Shown: positions 51,701 to 59,585 of the stretch, piece by piece
Layout: each line of letters begins with the position of its first letter
Numbering within the stretch: the stretch's first letter is position 1
Origin: Bacteroidetes bacterium UBA6183
Lineage (GTDB): Bacteria; Bacteroidota; Bacteroidia; UKL13-3
Direction: 5' to 3'
DNA length: 64,000 nt
NCBI GenBank assembly: GCA_002422865.1
Contig: DITN01000094.1
Location: 12,661-76,660, forward strand
Made by a program: the position numbers and the translations under genes
The notes under the pieces: model-generated
Databases searched by the model: none
What the model was told of the DNA's origin: nothing
Seen by the model: the letters and a program-made list of their open reading frames with translations, nothing else

Positions 51701-54700
51701 CACAACAGCTCTAAAGCGTGTTGTAGCAGTTAAATTGCCGGGTATTTCTGATGTGGTAACATTTGAAATAGTATTCCAACTGCTAAACGGACTTACTGCA
51801 CTTTCCCAACGAACAACACCGCCTGTTTCTCCACTTAAGGTTAATGTTCCAGGTGCGCTTCCGGTACAAATTGGAGTTGTACCTCCACTTACTGTGCCTC
51901 CAACTGATGCAGGTGTTACTGTAACCGTTGTTGGTGTCGATTCCACTGTATTACATGTTCCGTTTTTAATCACCGCTCTAAATTGAGTTGTTGCGGTTAA
52001 GGCTGATGAAGTATAGCTTGTTGTAGTATTAGTAATATCGTTCCATGCGCTAAATGGAGCTATTGAGCTTTCCCACCTTAATACACTACCGGTGTTTCCA
52101 CTTAAAGTAAGTAAATCTGAAGTAGATCCTTGGCATATAGTTGTACCACCCGATACACTTCCTGCAACAGTAGGTGCATCAACTGTAACAGTTGTAGGTG
52201 TGGCAGAGCTATCAACACAACCATTGTTATCAGTTACTATTACTTTATAGTTTCCTGATGTAGTAACAATTATTGATGAGGTAGTAACAGTGTCAACACC
52301 ATTTTTCTTCCATTGATAAGAAACGCCATTGCTGTTTGATAAGGTAACCGAACCTCCGTCACAAAAAGTTGTTGCACCACTTGCAGAAATTGTTGCATCA
52401 GGCAATGTGTTAATTGTAACTACTTCTGCTGTTGACGGTGCAGAAACGCAACCATTAACATCAGTGGCAATCACATCATAGCTTCCACTAGTTGTTGCCA
52501 AATATGGATTTGTGGTAGAAATATTGGTTGTGTTTCTTCTCCATTGGTATGTAACACCTCCACTTGCGGTTAATGAAACGTTTTGTCCGCTGCAAAAAGT
52601 GGTTGAGCCTCCAGGAGTAATTGATGCAGTTGGAAGTGGATTAATTGTTAAGTGAACAGTATTTGATGTGGTGGTTGGTACACATGCATTTGATACAACC
52701 ACATCGTAATCTGCGTCATCTCCTAAAGTAACACTTGCAATGTTGTATGTGCTGCTGTTTGCACCAACTATATCAACATTGTTTTTACGCCATTGATACC
52801 CTGTAGCTCCAGTTGCTGTTACACTTAGCGTAACTGATGTGCCAACGCAACGGGTTGCTGCATTTGGTTGTGATGTTATAACAGGAGGGTTGGTTACTGT
52901 TACTAACGTTGCAGTAGCGTTTTGCTCATTACAAACACCACTTTTTACAACCGCTCTGAAATAGGTTGAAGTGGTTAATGCACTTGAAACATAGGTATTA
53001 TTAGTATTGACAATAGTTGTTGGAGAACTAAATCCTGCTGAAGTAGAAGACTCCCAACGAATGATATTTCCTGTTTGTCCTGCTAGGGTTAAAGTACTTG
53101 AAGTAAATCCTTCACATATAGTTGTTCCTCCCGTTACGGTTCCTCCTATGGTGCTTGGATCAACGGTTACAGTTGTAGGTGTTGATTCAACAGTATTACA
53201 TGTTCCGTTTTTAATTACCGCTCTAAATTGTGTTGTTGCATTTAAAGCTGATGAAGTATGGGTTGATGTTGTGTTGGTTATATTATTCCAAGTACTAAAA
53301 GGAGCTATTGAGCTTTCCCATCTTAAAACACTGCCTGTATTACCACTTAAAGAAAGTAAATCAGATGTAGACCCTTGGCATATAGTTGTACCACCCGATA
53401 CACTTCCTGCAACAGTAGGTGCATCAACTGTAACAGTTGTGGGTGAAGCAGAGCTATCAACACAACCATTGTTATCAGTTACAATTACTTTATAGTTTCC
53501 TGATGTAGTAACGATTAATGATGATGTGGTAACAGTATCAACATCATTTTTCTTCCATTGGTAAGAAACTCCATTACTGTTTGATAAAGTTACAGAGCCA
53601 CCATCGCAAAATGCTGTAACACCACTAGCAGTAATTGTAGCATCTGGTAACGTATTTACTGTTATTGTCTGAATGTTGGATGTATCAACACAACCAAATC
53701 CATTTTCTGCTACCACTTTATAATCTCCACTTGTATTGGCAGTATATGGATTTAAAGTAGAAATTTGAGTGCCATTTTTAATCCATTTGTATCCAGCAGT
53801 ACTTCCGTTTCCAGTTAAATCAACACTTTGCCCTTGGCAAAAAGTTGTTGCTCCACCGGGTATAAGGCTTGCTGTTGGGAGCACATTAACGGTTAATGTG
53901 GCCGCATTAGAAGGGGCAGAGTTACCACAAACGTTTGTTGCAATTAATGTATAATCAGCTTCATCTCCTCCGAGACCAACTGAACCATCTATTACAGCAG
54001 ATATATTGTACGTATTGGTTATTGCTCCAACAATGTTATTTCCATCTCTTTTCCATTGATACCCGGTAATTGGATTGATAGATGTAGCAGTGCCAGTAAA
54101 TGATACTGCGCTTCCTTCACATATACTTTGTGAACTCGGGTTTACACTAAATGTTGGAACATTATCAACGATAATTTCTGCGTGGCTAGAATTTGCCTCA
54201 GCACAAAGAAGCGTATTTTGAACCACAGCCCTATATCTTGTTGTTTCGGTTAAACCGCTTGCAGAATGACTTGTTGTGGTATTGGCAATGGGTGTCCAAG
54301 CAGTAAATGGTGCCACTGAGCTTTCCCATCTAACCACATTGCCGGTTTTTCCACTTAAAGTCATGGTGCCGGTATTACCTCCACTACATATTGTTGTACT
54401 ACCGCTTACCGTGCCACCCACACTTGGTGGGGTAACTGCAATTTCTTCTTCAAATGAAGTAGCCTCAGGACAAGCACCACTTTGCACAACAGCCCTGAAT
54501 TGGGTGGCTTGTGTAAGTGCCCCCGAGGTATAGGTAGTTCCAGTATGAACAATTGGTGTCCAGGTAGAAAATGGAGCTACTGAACTTTCCCATCTGGTTA
54601 TTGAACCCGTGTGACCTGAGAGGGTTAATAAAGGAGAGTTACTTCCTGAACAAACAGTTGTTGAAGCTCCTGTAACACCACCACCAATAGTTGTTGGTGA

Positions 54701-57700
54701 TACGGTTACCACAGTAGCTACATCTGTTGTATCAGTGCAACCAGCTGAACTTGTAACAGCTACTGTATAATTACCACTTGTACTCGCAATATAACTACTT
54801 GTATTTACTGATATGTCAACACCATTTTTAAACCATTGGAATGAGCCGGTTTCTGCATTACTTAATGTAACCGTGTTGCCTGCACAAATATTGGTTGATC
54901 CACCGGCTGTGATTGCAGGATTTGGAAGAGGGTTAACAGTGATTTGATATACAGCAGAAGTTGCGTTACATCCATTAACATCTGTAACCACCACTTCATA
55001 ATTTCCGGCTAATGTTATTGATAAGTTTCGATTGGTCTCCCCAACTAAATTGCTGCCGTCTTTTTTCCATTGGTAACCTGACCATGAGATTAAGGTTCTT
55101 ATTGTTCCTGATTGTCCAACACAAAAAGTATCATTACCTACAGTTTGTTGAATTGCCGGTGTTGAGACACTATTAACATTAAGTGTTGCGGTTGATGACA
55201 ATACATTGACACAGTTTGCAGCTTGCACTTCTACTGTATAATTTCCTGCATCAAGTAAAGAAACATTTGGTATTGAATATGTGCTGCTTGTTGCACCAAC
55301 AATATCACTACCATTGAGCTTCCATTGGTAACCACTTATTGTTCCAGTTGCGATTACACTAAAGCTGGCAGAAGAGCCAACACATTTCGTGTCAGATGAG
55401 GGTTGTGAGGTTATGTTGATAGGGGCATCAACTACTACTTCTGTATGTGTTGATTGGACATCACCACACACACCGTTACCCACTACTGCCCTAAATCTAG
55501 TAGTTTCTGTTAGTGTGCCCGATGTATATGTTGCGTTTGTATTTGTAATATCAGACCAAGTCGAGAAAGGACTTACAGATGATTGCCATTTAACAATATT
55601 ACCTGTATGTCCACTTAAGCTTAATTGAGCTGATGTGTTTCCTGAGCATATTGTTGAACCTCCTGTTACACTTCCCGCAATTGGTAAAGGATCAACAGTA
55701 ACAGTTGTGGTTGATGAATTGTCGGATAAACATGTTCCGTTTTTAACAACTGCTCTAAATTGGGTATTTTCTGTTAATGCCCCAGATGTGTATGTTGTGT
55801 TTGTATGTGTTATGTCATTCCAAGTAGAGAATGGAGCAATGGCGAATTGCCATTTCTCTACACTACCCGTATTTCCGCTTAAGGTTAATAGTGCTGATGT
55901 GTTGCCTTCGCAAATTGTTGTTCCTCCAGTTACACTTCCTGCAACAGTTGGTTCATCAACAATAACTGTTGTTGGGGTTGATGTAGTAGCTACACAGCCG
56001 TTGCCATCTGTAACTTGTACTTTATAATCTCCTGATGAGTTAATAACAATTGATGATGTGGTTATTGCAGTATCAATGTTGTTCTTTTTCCATTGATAGC
56101 TGCTGCCATTACTGTTTGATAAAGTTACAGTTCCACCCGAGCAGAAATTAGTAGTACCGCTTGTCACTGTAATACTTGCGTCTGGTAATGAGTTTACGGT
56201 AACAACAGTTGCTGCAGATGTTGCAGTGCAGCCATTTCCATCTGTAACCACAACCATGTAGCTACCTGATGTTGTTGCCACATAAGGGTTTGATGTTGAT
56301 TCATCCACACCTCCTTTTTTCCATTGATACGTGTTGCCTAATGGAGCCTCTAAATCAACGCTATTACCAGCACAAAAAGTTGTGGCACCACTTGGTGTTA
56401 TGGTTGCTGTTGGTAAAGCATTTATTGTTAAGGTAGCAGCATTTGATGTAGTGGTTCCGCATGAGTTTGTGACGTCTACCGTGTAGTTTCCTGCATCGGT
56501 TCCGGTAACACTTGCAATACTTAATGTGCTGCCTATTTCTCCTACTAAAGTTGTAACACCTTTTTTCCATTGGTAACCTGAGGCGCCAATTGCGGTAGCG
56601 CTAAATGAAGCACTTGTACCATCACACCTGTCTATAGATACCGGTTGCGAGGTAATGTTTGGAACTGCGTTAACAACAATAATGGCTGCAGAAGAAAAAG
56701 CTTCGTTACAAACGCCACTCTTAACTACTGCTCTAAAATGTGTAGTCTCTGTTAAATTACCTGATGTAAACGTACTAGTCGTAATTGCGGTATCTGTCCA
56801 ACTCGAAAACGGTGAAGTGGCATATTGCCATTTTTCAATATTTCCTGTTTGCCCACTCAATGTTAGCAAACCCGAATTGTTGCCTGAACAAACGGTTGTA
56901 CTTCCGCTAACGCTTCCTCCTACCGAGGCAGGATCAACTGTTACTGTAGTTGAAGTTGAGCTATCTAAAGTACATGCTCCACTTTGCACAATTGCCCTGA
57001 ATTGTGTGGTTGTGGTTAGTGCTGCAGAAGTATATGTTGCAATTGTGTTAGCAATTGTACTCCATGAGGCTCCTCCGTTTGTTGAGCTTTCCCAACGTAA
57101 AATATTTCCCGTATTTCCACTTAATGATAATAAACCTGATGTACTTCCTTCACATATTGTGCCCCCCCCGCTAACTGATCCGGGAACAGTTAGTGGATCA
57201 ACGGTAACAATGGATGGACCAGATGTTGTTGCCGAACATCCATTACCATCTGTAACAGTTACTGTGTAACTGCCAGCGGTGCTTGCAATGTATGAACTAC
57301 TTGTTGCTCCACCTATAGGTGTTCCACTCTCTCGCCAAACATATGATGTACCGTTGTTATTGCTTAAGGTAACACCGCTACCATTACAAAGTGCCAACGA
57401 ACCACCGGCAGTTATGCTTGCATCAGGAAGCGGATTTACTGTTATTGTTACATTATTTGATGTAGCTGATGTACATGTTCCACTTTGCACCACCACTCTG
57501 TAAAGTGTTGTTTGAGTCGGTTCCCCTGGATTGTACGTATCATTGGTGTTTACAATTGGCGTCCAAACTGTACCGTTGGTTGATGATTCCCAACGAACAA
57601 TATTACCTGTGTATCCCGATAATGTTAAAGTAGAGGCAGTTGCACCTGCACAAATGGCTGCTGTTCCTGCTAAAGTGCCTGCTACTGTAGTTGGGTAAAC

Positions 57701-58264
57701 CACTACCACTTCAGTATCCGATGTTATGGTACAGCCCAAGCCAACACTATTGTCAGTTACTTCTACTGAATAATCACCTGAAGCAGATGCTGTATAGTCG
57801 CTATAAGTAGCTCCTGATATGCTAGAACCGTTAAGTTTCCATTGAAAAGTATAGTTCACACTACTATCAACGCTTAACATAACGTTATTACCGTTACAAA
57901 AATTTAGCGCACCCGATAACGTAATTCCAGCTGTGGGTGATATTGAAATAGCTACCCCTGCTGCTGTTTTAGAACAAAAATTTACTGTATCTGTAACCTT
58001 TACCGTATAAAATCCGGCCTGTGTTACAAGTAGTGTGCTGGTGTTTCCACCCACTGCAACACCAAAATTTTTCCACTCATACTTTAGGTCATTGGGGCCA
58101 CCGGTAACATTCGCTGTTAAAGTCGCACTACCACCCGGACAAAATTTTGTGGCGGATGCACCTATGTTAACAGCGGTAGGACATTGCGCGTTTACATGAA
58201 CATTTAATAATGCGAATGCTACAATCAAAAATAAACTAAACCTTTGGGGTATACTATACATCAT
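48716..58264 (-). CDS. Giant SprB-like cell-surface adhesin (3182 aa): >25 Ig-like repeat units followed by a T9SS C-terminal sorting domain
   Basis: Signal peptide. Recurring '..FC.G.SV.L....G.SYQWKKNG..I.GA....Y.A..SG.Y.V.VTD.NGC' units. C-terminal 'GVYIIQIKDKNNEWIVTRKVVKN' is a T9SS CTD pattern. Confidence 0.85.
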   Translation of the reverse strand: MMYSIPQRFSLFLIVAFALLNVHVNAQCPTAVNIGASATKFCPGGSATLTANVTGGPNDLKYEWKNFGVAVGGNTSTLLVTQAGFYTVKVTDTVNFCSKTAAGVAISISPTAGITLSGALNFCNGNNVMLSVDSSVNYTFQWKLNGSSISGATYSDYTASASGDYSVEVTDNSVGLGCTITSDTEVVVVYPTTVAGTLAGTAAICAGATASTLTLSGYTGNIVRWESSTNGTVWTPIVNTNDTYNPGEPTQTTLYRVVVQSGTCTSATSNNVTITVNPLPDASITAGGSLALCNGSGVTLSNNNGTSYVWRESGTPIGGATSSSYIASTAGSYTVTVTDGNGCSATTSGPSIVTVDPLTVPGSVSGGGTICEGSTSGLLSLSGNTGNILRWESSTNGGASWSTIANTIATYTSAALTTTTQFRAIVQSGACTLDSSTSTTVTVDPASVGGSVSGSTTVCSGNNSGLLTLSGQTGNIEKWQYATSPFSSWTDTAITTSTFTSGNLTETTHFRAVVKSGVCNEAFSSAAIIVVNAVPNITSQPVSIDRCDGTSASFSATAIGASGYQWKKGVTTLVGEIGSTLSIASVTGTDAGNYTVDVTNSCGTTTSNAATLTINALPTATITPSGATTFCAGNSVDLEAPLGNTYQWKKGGVDESTSNPYVATTSGSYMVVVTDGNGCTATSAATVVTVNSLPDASITVTSGTTNFCSGGTVTLSNSNGSSYQWKKNNIDTAITTSSIVINSSGDYKVQVTDGNGCVATTSTPTTVIVDEPTVAGSVTGGTTICEGNTSALLTLSGNTGSVEKWQFAIAPFSTWNDITHTNTTYTSGALTENTQFRAVVKNGTCLSDNSSTTTVTVDPLPIAGSVTGGSTICSGNTSAQLSLSGHTGNIVKWQSSVSPFSTWSDITNTNATYTSGTLTETTRFRAVVGNGVCGDVQSTHTEVVVDAPINITSQPSSDTKCVGSSASFSVIATGTISGYQWKLNGSDIVGATSSTYSIPNVSLLDAGNYTVEVQAANCVNVLSSTATLNVNSVSTPAIQQTVGNDTFCVGQSGTIRTLISWSGYQWKKDGSNLVGETNRNLSITLAGNYEVVVTDVNGCNATSAVYQITVNPLPNPAITAGGSTNICAGNTVTLSNAETGSFQWFKNGVDISVNTSSYIASTSGNYTVAVTSSAGCTDTTDVATVVTVSPTTIGGGVTGASTTVCSGSNSPLLTLSGHTGSITRWESSVAPFSTWTPIVHTGTTYTSGALTQATQFRAVVQSGACPEATSFEEEIAVTPPSVGGTVSGSTTICSGGNTGTMTLSGKTGNVVRWESSVAPFTAWTPIANTTTSHSASGLTETTRYRAVVQNTLLCAEANSSHAEIIVDNVPTFSVNPSSQSICEGSAVSFTGTATSINPITGYQWKRDGNNIVGAITNTYNISAVIDGSVGLGGDEADYTLIATNVCGNSAPSNAATLTVNVLPTASLIPGGATTFCQGQSVDLTGNGSTAGYKWIKNGTQISTLNPYTANTSGDYKVVAENGFGCVDTSNIQTITVNTLPDATITASGVTAFCDGGSVTLSNSNGVSYQWKKNDVDTVTTSSLIVTTSGNYKVIVTDNNGCVDSSASPTTVTVDAPTVAGSVSGGTTICQGSTSDLLSLSGNTGSVLRWESSIAPFSTWNNITNTTSTHTSSALNATTQFRAVIKNGTCNTVESTPTTVTVDPSTIGGTVTGGTTICEGFTSSTLTLAGQTGNIIRWESSTSAGFSSPTTIVNTNNTYVSSALTTSTYFRAVVKSGVCNEQNATATLVTVTNPPVITSQPNAATRCVGTSVTLSVTATGATGYQWRKNNVDIVGANSSTYNIASVTLGDDADYDVVVSNACVPTTTSNTVHLTINPLPTASITPGGSTTFCSGQNVSLTASGGVTYQWRRNTTNISTTNPYLATTSGSYDVIATDVNGCVSAPSTAEVVTINTLPDATISASGATTFCDGGSVTLSNSNGVSYQWKKNGVDTVTTSSIIVTTSGNYKVIVTDNNGCVDSSATPTTVTVDAPTVAGSVSGGTTICQGSTSDLLTLSGNTGSVLRWESSIAPFSAWNDITNTTTSYTSSALTATTQFRAVIKNGTCNTVESTPTTVTVTPASVGGTVSGGTTPICTGSAPGTLTLSGETGGVVRWESAVSPFSSWNTISNVTTSEIPGNLTATTRFRAVVKNGVCPETNSNHQEIIVNQLPAITAQPTSAERCVGGNITFTVTATDAVSYQWKKGGVDIGGATSSSLVLSSLTLSDAADYSVTITNTCGNTTSNNATLTINALPTAGSSAGGATNFCNGGNVSLTATGGNTYQWRKDGVNFSTSNPLLVTTSGSYDVFAISDKGCTSTSPATAIVVTVNSIPSAGISPSGSVAFCSGGSQLLTASGGTTYQWKKDGVDVATGTTYSATTAGSYTVIAIENACSSSVSAATVATITPAGTWLGTIDDDPSNAANWSCGTIPTASTVVDISSGNNPNVGVGKTILANGITIGAGKTINVSGGTLRIRGSISGSGTINNTAGEVEFFGNSNQTIPSGLFNSNAAARIKINNTGTVTLGGALRITEMLTCDDGVFATGGNLTLASTASSTAVVAEMGPDASITGSVTVERYIPSSQRRWRFMAAPISGGTLADWKDDIFITGTGGATNGFDATGNNSPSVYYYNEATTGNLNQGWTAPSNINMAFTVGRGYRVFVRGDRSDPARLTGSNTSQNAVTLEVAGSLNQQYVTMPITFTSTGSSSDDGWNLLGNPYAAAFDWGSMWRTGNSGFTGTFYNKIRPEVYVYDPVGNNYKSYNAASSSGTLTNGIIAPGQAFFIKATGTSPSLQFYESFKSTSSSNSLFKTGNPTDELLITMRSDSFNYDQFIIKFKASATNNDDLFDIGRMNNGANDIYSFGSDNVPHSLDARPQITTASDTVKLYTGGTNGLHTFTFNKLPAATGFNYYLKDNYLNSVTPIVLNGIYSFNINTSNTATFGNNRFRIIIENTNVLPVTVSKFTAKLNKETQAVLNWTTATEKNSSRFEIEHSLDNVNFKKLGTVKAIGNSNLQVNYEYTDAGFVKGMVNYYRLKMIDMDNTFTYSAVRQLSEDNTIVSTVSDYVFMAPIPTGDYVNIWSDVEVLNGGAEVKIYDTHMKLISTKNIQGFGKLNEKVDLTSVEQGVYIIQIKDKNNEWIVTRKVVKN
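51900..53670 (-). repeat. Intragenic segmental duplication (~1245-bp period) with >90% nucleotide identity over ~500 nt between ~51900-52420 and ~53150-53670
   Basis: Long identical runs such as 'ggcatatagttgtaccacccgatacacttcctgcaacagtaggtgcatcaactgtaacagttgt' occur in both copies. The plus-strand shadow ORFs 51735-51986 and 53007-53495 share 'VGVDSTVLHVPFLITALN'. Confidence 0.75.
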
Positions 58265-58846
58265 ACAGAAACAATTTGTTGCAAAGTTATTATATTCAAT
58301 ATGTTAATAAAGCCAGATGTGAATTTAGCTAAATTTTAGATTTCTCACTAGTTAATTATTAACCAACTGAATACCAAGTTTTAAAAAGTAAATAACACTT
58401 AAAAACGAGTATGTTTTTGCAAAATAGAACATATTTTATACAAAATAAAACAACTTATTCTGTAAAAACCACCGCTTACACATAAAATTACATTAAGTTT
58501 TGTGTGATATTTACGTGGTAAGTTACACTTTGGATTTAAAAATGAGCATAAATTAAGCCTACAGGAGGTAGCCTCAACCTCATTATCCTTGCTGTTTCAT
58601 ATTCCTTATTATTTGAAATGCAGCAGCACTAAAGTAAAACCTTATTTGTCATTATGTATGCTTATGTTTTACAAGTGTTTACATAATTTAACTTTAAACT
58701 GATCGATACTTTTGTACAAGTTTTAATCAAAAAAGGGAAATTCGTAAAATTATCAAATAACAAATCGCCCTTCTAACATTTGAGGTTTTGTTCCAAAATT
58801 GAAATTATTGGTATTTATGAAGAGCGAGGTAGTATACTTAGCTTTT

Positions 58847-59584
58847 TTATTGCCCCATTCTTTTTAGCAATTCATCACTTTTGTCAGTAGATAACCCCAC
58901 ATTAAAATCGCCCTCCATTAACAACGAACCTCCATCTGATTTAATATATTCTACAACCGATTTAGTATTAACAATATATGATTTATGACACCTGAAAAAC
59001 TGTTCCGTGTTGCTTAATAAATCTTCGTAATACTTAAGCCCTTTACTTGTAGTTATAGTCTGTTTGTTTTTTAAAACGATTTGAGAGTATGCTCCATCTG
59101 CTTTAAAAAATAAAATATCGTTTAAGTCGATAAATTTAACCGAACCAACTGTATGTATTGCAATTTTGCTTGGTATCTGGGTTGTTAGGTTTTGTTTAAG
59201 AGCGTTGTAGTTATCGTTATTTTCATGCTGCTTAAATCGGTTAATGGACTCAGCCAATTCTTTTACATCAACAGGTTTTAATAAATAATCAACGGCCGAT
59301 AAACGAAGGGCATTAATGGCATATTGGTTGTATGCGGTTACAAAAATGATAGAAAATGTTACTTCTTGTTCATCAAAAAAATCGAGTAGTTCAAGGCCGC
59401 TGTGTCCGGGCATCTCTATATCTAAAAATACCAAATCGGGTTTGTGTTTACGAATTGACTTAACTCCGTTTGGTAAATCTTTGCAACTGTCAACAACCTC
59501 AACATCTTTATGGTATTCATATAACATGCCCTCTAATAATGTTCGGGCCATTTTTTCGTCATCTATAATTATTGCTTTATACAT
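58847..59584 (-). CDS. LytTR-family two-component response regulator
   Basis: 245 aa. Receiver domain (an acidic pocket, 'LVFLDIEMPG') plus a C-terminal LytTR DNA-binding domain. Confidence 0.8.
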   Translation of the reverse strand: MYKAIIIDDEKMARTLLEGMLYEYHKDVEVVDSCKDLPNGVKSIRKHKPDLVFLDIEMPGHSGLELLDFFDEQEVTFSIIFVTAYNQYAINALRLSAVDYLLKPVDVKELAESINRFKQHENNDNYNALKQNLTTQIPSKIAIHTVGSVKFIDLNDILFFKADGAYSQIVLKNKQTITTSKGLKYYEDLLSNTEQFFRCHKSYIVNTKSVVEYIKSDGGSLLMEGDFNVGLSTDKSDELLKRMGQ

Positions 59585-59585
59585 G

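Noticed and set aside
50484-57503. Plus-strand ORFs (50484-51005, 51735-51986, 53007-53495, 53769-53954, 54276-54533, 55389-56027, 56655-57503) and minus ORF 56364-56570 within the 3182-aa adhesin gene
   Set aside because: These are antisense or alternative-frame artefacts of a Thr/Val/Gly-rich repetitive coding sequence
1740-58264. Periodic repeats considered as a possible CRISPR array
   Set aside because: The periods are ~740 bp and ~1245 bp and the repeats are protein-coding domain units. There is no 25-40-bp direct repeat/spacer architecture anywhere in the window
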